From Nitrospirota bacterium (GTDB lineage Bacteria; Nitrospirota; JACRHJ01): 64,000 nucleotides of DNA. Location: positions 778 to 64,777 of the forward strand of contig JAJYHX010000004.1 of NCBI GenBank assembly GCA_021784575.1. Direction: 5' to 3'. The translations under genes and the position numbers were made by a program. Below the pieces are notes generated by a model, which had not been told where the DNA came from, searched no databases, and saw nothing but the letters and a program-made list of their open reading frames with translations. Below are positions 9,489 through 19,682 of the stretch, piece after piece. Numbering within the stretch: position 1 is the first letter of the stretch; every line of letters begins with the position of its first letter.

Positions 9489-11009
9489 TTAATCATAATT
9501 CTTCAACACCGAAAGATGCCTTTTCCCTTCGTCCCAACTTACCAAAATTGCATTCATATTTAAAGCCTTTGCTGTCTTAGCATCGGCGAGAATTTCGGCG
9601 GCCTTGGATTCTCCTGGTCCTTGACTGCTCCATATAAATTCAAGGCGATTACTTTTTTTTGTAACTGCTATAGGCCATACATGTTTGCCAGGCTTGGATA
9701 ATAATTGACCAATACTATTGAATCCCCAATAAGAAAAACGCGCTCCTTTATAAAATTTCGGTGGATCGATAATAAAAACCGCTTCGTCCCTACGTGCGTG
9801 GACAGCAATATCGTTCAAGTCATTATAGACGGTCCTCATCCTTACGGATGCTCCCACCCATGCTTTGTTGTTGTTGTATAACATAAAGCCGTAGAGACTA
9901 AAAATTATCACCGTTAAAAAAATAACCCTTGGCGAATATACCGAGGCGCCATTTACCGCACCCATCAACAGCCAGGACACAAGAATGCAAAAACCCCCGG
10001 ATGCCAGATACAAGTATCTGGAATTCCACATATCTTTCCCAATTTCAAGTATGCCAATATATGGCAAGCACGTAACCAACATCAAAAATAGAGAAAATAG
10101 CAGTATCCTATAATTTTCCCATATTTCATTTCGCCGGATAACCAGCAATAGTACTAAGGCGGCGGACGAAAACCAGAAAATATACAAGGAACCGCTTGTG
10201 AAGATTTTTCTGTCGACGGGATATATAAAATTAACCGGGTTTCTGATAAACAGCGTTTTTAAAAAATCTGTTTTGTTGGTATGTAAAATAATACCGTGAT
10301 CTCCTAATCCGCCAAACATAATAAACCGGAACATGAAATAAAATACCAATAAGATAAAGAACGGCAAGTGGGTCTTTATCCTAGTTTTTAAACCCGTATT
10401 CTTTCCCCATAGGAAATCATAAAAAAGAAGAACCACCGGCAAGACAACGCTCGCTTCAAAGGAAGCGATGGCCAGTATTATGAACAGTACAGTTGCGCCG
10501 TAATAAACGGCTTTCCCCTTCTTCAGATAACCTTCAAAGGTTATAAGACCTGCAAGGAAAAAAAAGGTGCTGAGCAGGATATTGTTGGCGCACAACCAGG
10601 AGGCCGGCTCGGCATGTAAAGGACTAAGCGCGAACAGCAAGCCCGCAAAAAAGCTCATTTGCTTATTCCCGGTGATATTTAAAACCACCCAAAAAAGGAG
10701 AATCGCATTAAGGCAGTTAAGCAATACGTTTACCAGATGCGAGAGCGCGGGCCGCATACCAAAAATAAGATACTGGATTTTCCATAAAACTTCCGCGAGG
10801 GGGTGATAGCGGACAAGATCGTTTTTCGGAACATAATTTTGAACGAAACCGGCCAACAACGGTAGATGAATACTCCTTAAAAGAAAATTAAAATCCTCGC
10901 CTAAATAAAACCCTTTGGCAATCACCTCCCAATACGGAATAATCCCAAGGGTTATTATTACGATAACATAAAAAATTATACGCCCATCTCTCTCTTTTAC
11001 CTTATCCAC
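9489..11009 (-). CDS. GT-C-like (TMTC-type) polytopic membrane protein
   Basis: GTG at 11009 with an AGGAG RBS; ED after TM1; YHPL, HLVNVLL, LFALSPLHAEPASW and RYLYL motifs; many TM segments. Confidence 0.7.
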   Translation of the reverse strand: MDKVKERDGRIIFYVIVIITLGIIPYWEVIAKGFYLGEDFNFLLRSIHLPLLAGFVQNYVPKNDLVRYHPLAEVLWKIQYLIFGMRPALSHLVNVLLNCLNAILLFWVVLNITGNKQMSFFAGLLFALSPLHAEPASWLCANNILLSTFFFLAGLITFEGYLKKGKAVYYGATVLFIILAIASFEASVVLPVVLLFYDFLWGKNTGLKTRIKTHLPFFILLVFYFMFRFIMFGGLGDHGIILHTNKTDFLKTLFIRNPVNFIYPVDRKIFTSGSLYIFWFSSAALVLLLVIRRNEIWENYRILLFSLFLMLVTCLPYIGILEIGKDMWNSRYLYLASGGFCILVSWLLMGAVNGASVYSPRVIFLTVIIFSLYGFMLYNNNKAWVGASVRMRTVYNDLNDIAVHARRDEAVFIIDPPKFYKGARFSYWGFNSIGQLLSKPGKHVWPIAVTKKSNRLEFIWSSQGPGESKAAEILADAKTAKALNMNAILVSWDEGKRHLSVLKNYD

Positions 11010-11860
11010 CGGTCTCTCCTGACCATGACATCCGTGATTAGACCGATGAAGCCTATCTGGAACCCGAGCAGGACGGCAAGCAGTCCCGCCTCCGTGACCC
11101 TGTGAAAGCGGACAAGCGTTACTATGACATGGTATATCCCTACTGCAAGAAAAAGGAGACTTGTAGGCAGGAAGACCTTCAGGGGATTGAAATAGCATAT
11201 CACCCGGATTATGAGCAGGAAGAAGTTCGAAAAGTCCTTTATCGGCCTTATCTTGGACTTGCCCCTCGCGCGGACGAGGTAGTTTATGGGTATGTATTTT
11301 ACGTTATATCCGTCGGAGAGCAGGGCGAGCGTTATGGTGGTGGTGAATGAAAAGCCGGATGGCAGAAGGTGAAAATATTTTATAGCCAGTTCTTTTCTAA
11401 ACGCCCGGAGGCCGGAGTTAAGGTCGGGTATCTTCGTCTCGGAAAGATAATCCGCAAGCTTCTTTAAGATAAATTTCGCCGGGCGGCGAAAAAGCGGGAT
11501 ATTCACGTCCCTGCCGGTCCTTGCGCCGACGACCATGTCGTAGCCTTCATCCATGCCGGATAGAAGCTCCGGTATCATCTCCGGCGGATACGTCCCGTCC
11601 GCGTCCATTATGACGATGACATCGCCCTTGGCGCTTCTTATGCCGGTCTTGAGAGACGCCCCATATCCCTTGTTCTCCGGGTGCGTGAGGATTAGCGCAC
11701 TCTGGCCCACGAGCTTCGCGGCGGTGCCGTCGGATGAACCGTCGTCCACAACGATTATCTCGTATTCAGAGCCGGATTTGGCAAGTGTTTCGTGTATCTT
11801 GCCTACGACGTCCCTTATAGACCCGGCCTCGTTGTATGCCGGTATGATTATGCTTACCAT
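10997..11860 (-). CDS. GT2 glycosyltransferase, polyprenol-phosphate type with two C-terminal TM helices
   Basis: IIPAYNE, DDGSSD, NKGYG, DADG, DLNSGLR. Confidence 0.9.
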   Translation of the reverse strand: MVSIIIPAYNEAGSIRDVVGKIHETLAKSGSEYEIIVVDDGSSDGTAAKLVGQSALILTHPENKGYGASLKTGIRSAKGDVIVIMDADGTYPPEMIPELLSGMDEGYDMVVGARTGRDVNIPLFRRPAKFILKKLADYLSETKIPDLNSGLRAFRKELAIKYFHLLPSGFSFTTTITLALLSDGYNVKYIPINYLVRARGKSKIRPIKDFSNFFLLIIRVICYFNPLKVFLPTSLLFLAVGIYHVIVTLVRFHRVTEAGLLAVLLGFQIGFIGLITDVMVRRDRWIR

Positions 11861-11880
11861 TTAAGAGCTTCCCGCTTGTA

Positions 11881-12429
11881 TTAATCTATTTTTAACCCCG
11901 CCCGGCTATGCGGCTTATCCGGCGCTGCCAGGCCTTCTTTTCTTTTTCTGTAATATTTTATACCGAAATATGCCGCGAAATAAGATATTACAGAGGCCAC
12001 AACCCCCGCGGCAGTTGTCCCGAATCCGAATGCATACGCATAGGGTTTGAACTCCCTGATAAAGCCCCTCCAGAAGGCTATTTCCCAGACCTCGTGCCTG
12101 GCTGTCCGGCCCAGGAACTGCGCCGTGATATGGCTGTAGTTCATCGGTGGAATATCGAAACCCATATTTCGCATGGCCGATACCGTAAGCCATGTCGGCA
12201 CAATATAAACGAAGGCTATCGTCCAGGGGTTGTTCACGAACGTCCCGGTAAGGGCTACAACCTTGTTCAGCCGGAATAGCCACGCCAGAGTCAGGATTAT
12301 TATCCAATGGATGCCGAGAAACGGCGAGAACGCAACAAACACGCCCACGGCGAACGACCTTGCAAGGTCGTGCGGCGTCTCATCCAGGTGCAGAATATGT
12401 CTTATGCCTTCTTTAAATTTCCCGGTCAT
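11881..12429 (-). CDS. DUF2062 family membrane protein
   Basis: TPHDLARSFAVGVF...SPFLGIH...NNPWT pattern. Confidence 0.8.
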   Translation of the reverse strand: MTGKFKEGIRHILHLDETPHDLARSFAVGVFVAFSPFLGIHWIIILTLAWLFRLNKVVALTGTFVNNPWTIAFVYIVPTWLTVSAMRNMGFDIPPMNYSHITAQFLGRTARHEVWEIAFWRGFIREFKPYAYAFGFGTTAAGVVASVISYFAAYFGIKYYRKRKEGLAAPDKPHSRAGLKID

Positions 12430-13673
12430 TCGAAATGCTTGTAACCCTTTGCCTTAAGCGTTCTTCTTTTCCCCCCGGCTGATTCTATGTATGCCGAACC
12501 CGTCTCTAGCACCTCTCCGATCTTCGTGAATGTGACTTTGGCCCTTCTCCCAAGCGCAGCCATCAGGCGTTCTGTCGGTTGCCGTCCGCGCGTCGAAACT
12601 CCCTGCGCGCCGCGCCCTGCCCGTCCGACCGCCCGGCTTGCCTCCCCCCGACCCCTTGCCGTGAACAGAAGCTCGTAGTCCTCACCCCCGGAAAGCGCAA
12701 TATCGAGCGCCCGTTCCCTGCCAGCATACGCCATGAGCTCCTCGGAAAGCGGCAATCTGTCTTCGTATATGACCGCCCCGGCGCCGGAAGCCTTCAGGAT
12801 ATGCAGCAGGTCGGAGGATATCCCGTCGCTTATGTCTATCATCGCGGTGGCGATTCCGGCCTTTCCGAGGAGCCTCCCGGCCTTGATGCGCGCCTGCGGC
12901 CTCAAGTGCCGGGAAAGGAGGTATTGTCCGGCGCCCGCGTGACGGGGGCCAAGCGACTTCATTTCAACCTTCTCCCGGCGCTTCGCTCCACCCTCCCCCG
13001 CAGCCGGCCGGCCGGCCGCGGGCGGGGAGGACAAACACATACCCGCCTTCAGAATTTCCAATCCCGCCGCGCTGTCTCCAAGCGTCCCGGTAACCCATAT
13101 CCCGTCCCCGGGCCTGGCATTCGACCTCATCACGGCTCGGCCATGTTCCACACGGCCCGTTATGGAGATATTTATGAATATCGGCCCCGGAGTATTGGAC
13201 GTATCTCCGCCCGCGAGCCTTATACCGGACTCCCGCCCGGCCTCATCCATACCCGAATACAACGCCCTGAGCTTCCGGAAGTCCATGCCTCCCGGCGCGG
13301 CTATTGAGACGAGGTAAAAAAGCGGCTCCCCGCCCATCGCGGCTATGTCGCTTAAGTTTGCCTGGAGGGCCTTGTATCCCAGGTCTTTGAGCCCGGTATA
13401 AGAAAGGTCGAAATGTATGCCTTCAACCAGCAAATCGGCGGAGGCAAGCAAATCGTATGGAGTTCCCGCACTCCCTTTTTTGCCGCCTCCCGCCTCTCCA
13501 GCACCCTTGCCGCCGCCCCATCTGAAGACCGCGGCATCGTCTCCTATGCCCGCCAGGAGCCTGAATCCCGGACGGCTCCTGCGTCCTTTTTCATCCGGAG
13601 CCCGGCCTCCGAAGGCGTCAGCTATTTTATCGATAGCCCCAAACTCGCCGAGAGTCCGTAAAGTTGGGGTCAT
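12426..13673 (-). CDS. thiL: Thiamine-monophosphate kinase (with in-frame low-complexity insertions)
   Basis: [44 protein letters not shown]. Confidence 0.93.
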   Translation of the reverse strand: MTPTLRTLGEFGAIDKIADAFGGRAPDEKGRRSRPGFRLLAGIGDDAAVFRWGGGKGAGEAGGGKKGSAGTPYDLLASADLLVEGIHFDLSYTGLKDLGYKALQANLSDIAAMGGEPLFYLVSIAAPGGMDFRKLRALYSGMDEAGRESGIRLAGGDTSNTPGPIFINISITGRVEHGRAVMRSNARPGDGIWVTGTLGDSAAGLEILKAGMCLSSPPAAGRPAAGEGGAKRREKVEMKSLGPRHAGAGQYLLSRHLRPQARIKAGRLLGKAGIATAMIDISDGISSDLLHILKASGAGAVIYEDRLPLSEELMAYAGRERALDIALSGGEDYELLFTARGRGEASRAVGRAGRGAQGVSTRGRQPTERLMAALGRRAKVTFTKIGEVLETGSAYIESAGGKRRTLKAKGYKHFE

Positions 13674-16027
13674 TTCAGAAGTGCTATTTCGAGCACCTCG
13701 TCCATGTGCTCGACGAATTTTATCTCAAGGCTTTTACGGACGAGTTTCGGGATGTCTTCTATGTCCTTGGCGTTTCTTTTCGGGACTATCACCGTTTTTA
13801 TGCCCGCGCGCCTCGCGGCGAGGGTTTTCTCCTTAAGGCCGCCGATGGGTAGAACCCTGCCCCGCAGCGTAATCTCGCCGGTCATGGCGACATCCTTGCT
13901 TATCGGCCTGCCGGTAAGAGCGGAGGTAAGCGCGGTTCCCATCGTTACGCCCGCGGACGGCCCGTCTTTCGGTATGGCCCCAGCCGGGACGTGGATATGA
14001 AGGTCGGTCTTGCCGAAGACGTCTTCCTTTATGCCGAGGGAAGGAGCCTTGGAGCGGACATAGGAGAGCGCGGCCTGCGCGGACTCCTTCATAACCTCTC
14101 CCAGGTGGCCGGTCAGGGTAAGGCTGCCCTTGCCTTTCATCGTCGTGGCCTCTATGAAGAGTATATCCCCGCCCGTCTCCGTCCAGGCAAGCCCCGTCGC
14201 CACACCAACCTCGTCCTTTTCCCGCTCTTCCTCCGGCAGGAACCGTGGCGTGCCGACATACTTGTGCAGTTCCTTGGGCGTAATGTGTATCGGGCCTTTT
14301 TTGCCCTCTGCAATCTTCCTGGCCACCTTCCTGCATATGTTTGCGACCTCGCGCTCAAGGTTCCTTAAGCCGGATTCCCTTGTATACTGGGATATGAGCT
14401 GGGTTAGGGCCTGGTCGGAGATTATGATGTCTTTCTCCGTCACACCGTTCTCCTTGAGCTGACGCGGTATCAGATATTTCAGCGCGATTCCCTTTTTTTC
14501 CTCTTCCGTGTAGCCCGCGAGGTGTATGGTCTCCATCCTGTCCTTCAGGGCCGGGATTATGGGATCGGCCAGGTTCGCGGTGGTGATGAACATGACGTTG
14601 CTCAGGTCGAACGGCACAGCGAGGTAGTGGTCTACAAAAGCAAAGTTCTGCTCCGGGTCGAGGACTTCGAGCAGGGCAGCGGACGGGTCTCCCCGGAAGT
14701 CCGCTCCGACCTTGTCCACCTCGTCGAGCATGAAGACGGGGTTATTCGTGTTGCACTGCCTAATACCCTGAATAATCCTGCCCGGAAGCGCCCCGACGTA
14801 AGTCCTTCTGTGCCCGCGTATCTCGGCTTCGTCACGGATCCCGCCCAGGGACATCCTGAAGAACTCGCGCCCAAGCGCCCTGGCGATGGATTTCCCAAGG
14901 GACGTCTTGCCCACGCCCGGCGGCCCGACGAAGCAGAGTATGGGGCCTTTCAGCTTCTCTTTTAGCTTCCTGACGGAGAGGTATTCGAGTATCCTGTCTT
15001 TTACCTTCTCCAGGTCGTAGTGGTCCTCGTCGAGTATTTTCTTCGCGGCGGCAATGTCTAAGTTGTCCTGCGTGCTCCTTGCCCAGGGAAGTTCGGCCAG
15101 CGTCTCTATGTAGGAGCGTATGACGGCGGACTCGGCGGCGTCCGGGTGCATCCTCTCGAGGCGCTTGAGCTGCTTCTCCGCCTCGGCCATGACCTTCTCC
15201 GGCATCTTCGCTTCTTCCACCTTTTTTCTAAGGTCATTAAGTTCCTCGGTGCGCTCGTCCGTGTCGCCAAGCTCCTTCTGGATGGCCTTCAGCTGTTCCC
15301 GGAGGAAATACTCTCTCTGGCTCTTGTCTATCTCGCCCCTGGCCGACGCCTGTATCTTCTGCTGCATCGTCAGGACTTCGAGCTCCTTCGAGATTATCTC
15401 GTTTACTTTTGTCAGCCGCTCCCTGGAGTCCGTAATCTCAAGGACTTCCTGGGCTGTCTCGACCTTAAGACCGAGGTTCGAGGCGACAAGGTCTGCAAGC
15501 TTGCCGGGGTCATCGATGTTTTCCACTATGACCATGATGTCCGGCAGGAGCATCTTGCCAAGAGAGATCATCTTCTCAAGCTGCTCCTTGACGTTTCGCA
15601 TCAGGGCCTCAACCTCAAGCGTCAGCTTCTGCTCCTTCGGCTCCACGACCTTCTCGATGTTAACAAGGAAATAAGGTTCGGTCTGAACGTATGTGTTGAT
15701 TTTAGCCTTGGACATGCCCTGGACGAGTATCTTAACCCGCCCGTCCGGGAGCTTCAGCATGCGCATTATCATTCCTACCGTGCCGACATCATAGAGGTCT
15801 TTAGGCTCCGGGTTTTCGGTGTTCAGGTCCCTCTGCGCCACAAGCAGGATGAGCCTGTTGCCGGACAGGGCGTCGTCGATAGCCTTTATGGACATGTCCC
15901 TGCCGACAAAGAGCGGGAGTATCATGTACGGGAAGATAACGATGTCCCGTATGGGCAGAAGGGGAAGCCTGTCCGGTATCTCTACCTGCTGCTGTTCTTC
16001 CTGGAGTTGTTCGCTTTGTTCGGCCAC
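13670..16027 (-). CDS. lon: ATP-dependent Lon protease
   Basis: LON N-domain, [22 protein letters not shown] catalytic Ser, GGLKEK. Confidence 0.98.
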   Translation of the reverse strand: MAEQSEQLQEEQQQVEIPDRLPLLPIRDIVIFPYMILPLFVGRDMSIKAIDDALSGNRLILLVAQRDLNTENPEPKDLYDVGTVGMIMRMLKLPDGRVKILVQGMSKAKINTYVQTEPYFLVNIEKVVEPKEQKLTLEVEALMRNVKEQLEKMISLGKMLLPDIMVIVENIDDPGKLADLVASNLGLKVETAQEVLEITDSRERLTKVNEIISKELEVLTMQQKIQASARGEIDKSQREYFLREQLKAIQKELGDTDERTEELNDLRKKVEEAKMPEKVMAEAEKQLKRLERMHPDAAESAVIRSYIETLAELPWARSTQDNLDIAAAKKILDEDHYDLEKVKDRILEYLSVRKLKEKLKGPILCFVGPPGVGKTSLGKSIARALGREFFRMSLGGIRDEAEIRGHRRTYVGALPGRIIQGIRQCNTNNPVFMLDEVDKVGADFRGDPSAALLEVLDPEQNFAFVDHYLAVPFDLSNVMFITTANLADPIIPALKDRMETIHLAGYTEEEKKGIALKYLIPRQLKENGVTEKDIIISDQALTQLISQYTRESGLRNLEREVANICRKVARKIAEGKKGPIHITPKELHKYVGTPRFLPEEEREKDEVGVATGLAWTETGGDILFIEATTMKGKGSLTLTGHLGEVMKESAQAALSYVRSKAPSLGIKEDVFGKTDLHIHVPAGAIPKDGPSAGVTMGTALTSALTGRPISKDVAMTGEITLRGRVLPIGGLKEKTLAARRAGIKTVIVPKRNAKDIEDIPKLVRKSLEIKFVEHMDEVLEIALLK

Positions 16028-16051
16028 TATGCTCTGGTCTCCTTTTTGTTT

Positions 16052-16495
16052 TTATTTCCGCTCGATTTTAATCCTTATCGGTTCTCCGCGCTTTTCCTTG
16101 ACTTTCGGGAATGTTACGGTCAAAACACCCTTTTGATAGACGGCTTTTCCCTCCTTCGGGTTTATCGGGACGGCAATCCTGATTATCCTCCGAAACGGCT
16201 CGAATGACCGCTCCATGCAGAGGTAGTTCACTCTTTCGCTTTCGCAAAGCCTCTCGCGCTTAATCCCTTCGACGGTCAGGAAACCGTGGAATATGCAAAT
16301 GCCTATCAGGGACGGGTCTATGCCGGGCAGGTCGACTTCCACGACCACGCCTTCCTTTGTTTCATAGAGGTCGAGAAGCGGCCCGGATGTCTCGCCGATG
16401 CCGGAGCTTTTCTCGTCCTCTTCTATAAGCCTCAGGAGATTTTTAAATTCCTCCCCTATAACGCTGGATGGAAAACCGGCTTTCTTTACCGCCAT
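16052..16495 (-). CDS. Hsp20/alpha-crystallin small heat-shock protein
   Basis: DLYET...VEVDLPGI...ERSF..F.R...A.YQKGVL; located directly upstream of lon. Confidence 0.88.
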   Translation of the reverse strand: MAVKKAGFPSSVIGEEFKNLLRLIEEDEKSSGIGETSGPLLDLYETKEGVVVEVDLPGIDPSLIGICIFHGFLTVEGIKRERLCESERVNYLCMERSFEPFRRIIRIAVPINPKEGKAVYQKGVLTVTFPKVKEKRGEPIRIKIERK

Positions 16496-16518
16496 TTAAA
16501 CCTCCCGCACACAATCTA

Positions 16519-17400
16519 CTACAGGTTCAGTCCCTTTATATATTTTCTGAACTCGACGCCCAGGCTCTGGTCCTTGAGGGCATATTCCACCGTCGCCTTC
16601 AAAAACCCCAGCTTGTCCCCGGCATCGTAGCGCGTTCCCCTGAACCTGCATGCATAGACGGGCCGCTCCTTGATCAACCCCTGGAGCCCGTCCGTAAGCT
16701 GTATCTCTCCGCCCTTGCCGGGCTTTGTCTCCTTTAAATGGCCGAAGATATCGGGCGTCAGCACGTACCGGCCTATTATGGCAAAATTCGACGGCGCTTT
16801 TCCCACGGAAGGCTTCTCAACCATCTCCCGGACCTGATATACCCCGCGCTCCACTTCTATGGCATCTATTATGCCATAACTCGATACGGCTTCTTTCGGC
16901 ACTTCGCATATCGCCACCACCGGAGAGCGGTATTTCTCGTAGACGTCCACGAGTTGTTTCGTGGCGGGCGTTTTTGCGTCTATTATGTCGTCTGAGAGTA
17001 TAACTGCGAAGGGCTCGCCGTCGATGGAAGGCTCCGAGCACAGCACCGCGTGGCCAAGCCCCAGAGCCTTTTTCTGGCGGATATAGGAGAAATTCACCAT
17101 GTTCGATATCCTCTCCACCTCCGCCAGGAGCTTCAGTTTGTTCTTTTCCCTGAGCTCGTATTCAAGCTCGAAGGATATGTCGAAATGGTCTTCGATGGCC
17201 CGCTTTCCTCTGCCGGTGATGATGATTACCTCATCCATCCCGGAGGCAACGGCCTCCTCCACGCCATATTGTATAAGCGGCTTGTCAACGAGGGGGAGCA
17301 TCTCCTTCGGCGAGGCCTTGGTGGCCGGAAGGAACCGGGTGCCCAGGCCCGCGGCGGGGAAAACGGCCTTCCTTATCCTGCTCTTATTCTTCTCCCTCAA
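16519..17400 (-). CDS. galU: UTP--glucose-1-phosphate uridylyltransferase
   Basis: KAVFPAAGLGTRFLPATK, VEKP, GEIQLTD. Confidence 0.96.
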   Translation of the reverse strand: MREKNKSRIRKAVFPAAGLGTRFLPATKASPKEMLPLVDKPLIQYGVEEAVASGMDEVIIITGRGKRAIEDHFDISFELEYELREKNKLKLLAEVERISNMVNFSYIRQKKALGLGHAVLCSEPSIDGEPFAVILSDDIIDAKTPATKQLVDVYEKYRSPVVAICEVPKEAVSSYGIIDAIEVERGVYQVREMVEKPSVGKAPSNFAIIGRYVLTPDIFGHLKETKPGKGGEIQLTDGLQGLIKERPVYACRFRGTRYDAGDKLGFLKATVEYALKDQSLGVEFRKYIKGLNL

Positions 17401-17454
17401 GAGGCTTTACCCTCCACAATCCGCCAAGGCCATTTCAGAGCACTGTAACGCTTA

Positions 17455-17483
17455 AGTTTAAATAAAACAAGAGTAAAAGTCAA
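17455..17483 (-). promoter_or_regulatory. Sigma70-type promoter for the galU-hsp20-lon-thiL run
   Basis: Minus strand TTGACT-N17-TAAACT. Confidence 0.45.
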
Positions 17484-17497
17484 ACTTATTCAGTATA

Positions 17498-18094
17498 TTA
17501 CTCCGCCAGTTTCTGGTATATCTCCCTCGCCTGGCGGATTGCGAGCGATACGTCGCCATCATTGTCGATAATCCACGAGGCGTATTTTTTCTTCTCGTCC
17601 AGAGGCATCTGCGCCTCCACTCTCAACACCGCTTCTTCAGGCTTCAGCCGGCAGTTCTTAATCAATCTGTCCACCTGCGTCTCTTTCCTGCACCACACCA
17701 CAATCAGGCCGTCCATCCTGCGCCATACGCCCGATTCTATCAGGAGCGCGGCGTCGAATATTACAAGCGCGTCCGGTTCACTCTTCGTTATCTCATCCAT
17801 AATTTCGGCCTCGCGGCGAAACACTTCCGGATGCACCACGCCTTCCAGCCTGACTCGCTTCTCGGGGTTACGGAACACAATATCCCCCAAAGCCTTCCTG
17901 TCGATACGGCCGTCGGAGGAAAGTATTCTCCTCCCGAAGAGTTTCACGGTCGCCCGGTATGTCTCCGTCCCCGGCATAAGCGCCTCGCGCGCCAGCAAAT
18001 CGGCGTCTATTATTCTCGCGCCCATCTCGCCAAGTGCGCGGCTTATCGTGCTTTTTCCGGAGGCTATGCCCCCGGTGAGGCCGATTTTCTTCAT
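17498..18094 (-). CDS. coaE: Dephospho-CoA kinase
   Basis: IGLTGGIASGKST, IDAD, DRKALG, HP; start at MKKIG (18094). Confidence 0.95.
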   Translation of the reverse strand: MKKIGLTGGIASGKSTISRALGEMGARIIDADLLAREALMPGTETYRATVKLFGRRILSSDGRIDRKALGDIVFRNPEKRVRLEGVVHPEVFRREAEIMDEITKSEPDALVIFDAALLIESGVWRRMDGLIVVWCRKETQVDRLIKNCRLKPEEAVLRVEAQMPLDEKKKYASWIIDNDGDVSLAIRQAREIYQKLAE

Positions 18095-18232
18095 TCCCCG
18101 CCCCTCTTTTGCCGCCCCAAACAAGCCTTTTCTGCTACAATTATAACCCGATTTTATTCCCCGGTGTCAAAAATTCGGCATTGTGAAGTAGTATAATGTC
18201 TGATAAGATTCTTAAATCCTCAAGAAAGCATA

Positions 18233-19645
18233 ATGTGTAAAATCGTTTTTATATTCGCAGCCTTCATAGCCCTTTCTTCTCCGGCCCTTGCCGCGCCCTC
18301 GGTGCGCCAGAGGTTTAACCTCGGTTTCTCTCCTCCCCTGATAGCCGTCAGCCGGTTCAATTCCGGCGGCGAACTCCTTGCCGTCCAACTCTCGGCCAAT
18401 GGCAGCCAGCCCGCCCGCGTTATCGCTGTAAGCCGAAGAGGCGGGCTTAAGCTTGTCGAAGACCTCACGGACAAGAAAACCCTTACCGTCCCCGGCCCCA
18501 GGCTATGGATAGCTCGTGCCGGGCAAACCGGCGGGCCAAAAACCGGTCAACCCAAAAATAGTCTGCCGGTTGAGGCCGGTCTGCCGGCGACGCCGATCTC
18601 GAAGGAGCTTCCGGTTATCCGCCGCCGGGTATGGCTCGCCAAATCCGGCGAGTGCTATGCCGTCGCCTACTTTGCCTCCGGGGGGTGGTACGAGATCCGG
18701 TATATGGACAAGGACGGGAAACTGCTCTTTATAGCCGCGCCGAAGGACGATTACGGCCTAGCCTCCGTAATCATCTCCGACGACGGCTCACGCGTGCTCA
18801 TAGACGACGAGACTCCGCCGTACAGCATGACAAAACCCGGACAGAGGCTTTATCTCTACGATCGAAACGGCAAACTGCTTATGGACAGGGACGCGGGTGA
18901 AAACCTCGACGGCTGGCTCGATGCGCAGGACGGATTCATGGCGGCGGACGGGAGCTGTTTCGCCGCGCCGATGGGTATGGGGAAAAGGCAATGCTCCTCG
19001 ATAGTCCTCCTGGACAAAAACGGAAAACAGATGTGGAAAGAGTCCTATTTCCCACGGCATATCATAGAAGGCTGTCTGGGCGGCCTCTTCCGCGTGCGCG
19101 GGGGAAATCTCTCGTTCATAAACCTGATTGACAGGCAGGGCAACCTGAAGACTGTCGGGCGCAAAGGATACGGTTTTGAGCTTATGCTCTCAAAGGATGC
19201 AAAAAAGGCATATATGATGATGTTCAAGCCGTTCGACGTAAAAAACAGCGGCCTGACAAGGCAGATTAAGGCCATATTCCCAAAAGCGGAGGTCATTGCC
19301 GTGAACCTCCCGGAGCTTGCCGTCTCGGCCGGTAGACCGGCTTCAACCGGTAGACCGGCCTTGACCGGCGGCCGGGTTTCAGATCCCCAGCCGGCCCGGC
19401 CAAACAGCCTGGCTTCAGATATCAAGATAGCGCTTTCACCGGACGGGAAAAGCTTCATCTGCTACGCCAGCCGCGCTGCAATGGGTATGCAGGAAACCGT
19501 CATCCGGCTTTTCGGCGAAGACCAAACCTTGCTCTGGGAAAAATATTTCTTCCAGGCCGGGATTGTGCCAAAATTCACAGGCAGCCGGGATTTTCTACTG
19601 AAGTTCGGCTACCCCGTCAAAAGGCTCGCGTTCTTCTCGCCTTAG
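18233..19645 (+). CDS. Hypothetical secreted protein, probably beta-propeller-like
   Basis: Signal peptide ending ALA; repeated blade-like motifs ISDDGSRV, AADGSCF, LSKDAKK, LSPDGKSF and D.nG.LLW. Confidence 0.6.
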   Translation: MCKIVFIFAAFIALSSPALAAPSVRQRFNLGFSPPLIAVSRFNSGGELLAVQLSANGSQPARVIAVSRRGGLKLVEDLTDKKTLTVPGPRLWIARAGQTGGPKTGQPKNSLPVEAGLPATPISKELPVIRRRVWLAKSGECYAVAYFASGGWYEIRYMDKDGKLLFIAAPKDDYGLASVIISDDGSRVLIDDETPPYSMTKPGQRLYLYDRNGKLLMDRDAGENLDGWLDAQDGFMAADGSCFAAPMGMGKRQCSSIVLLDKNGKQMWKESYFPRHIIEGCLGGLFRVRGGNLSFINLIDRQGNLKTVGRKGYGFELMLSKDAKKAYMMMFKPFDVKNSGLTRQIKAIFPKAEVIAVNLPELAVSAGRPASTGRPALTGGRVSDPQPARPNSLASDIKIALSPDGKSFICYASRAAMGMQETVIRLFGEDQTLLWEKYFFQAGIVPKFTGSRDFLLKFGYPVKRLAFFSP

Positions 19646-19682
19646 CGGGTCGCAACCGGCTTGCCCACGCAATTTATTCCCC

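Noticed and set aside
11010-11198. Long overlaps of the 569-aa ORF with GT2 (likewise 21138-21419 and 62865-62966)
   Set aside because: Artefacts of choosing the most upstream start; downstream starts have an RBS or translational coupling.
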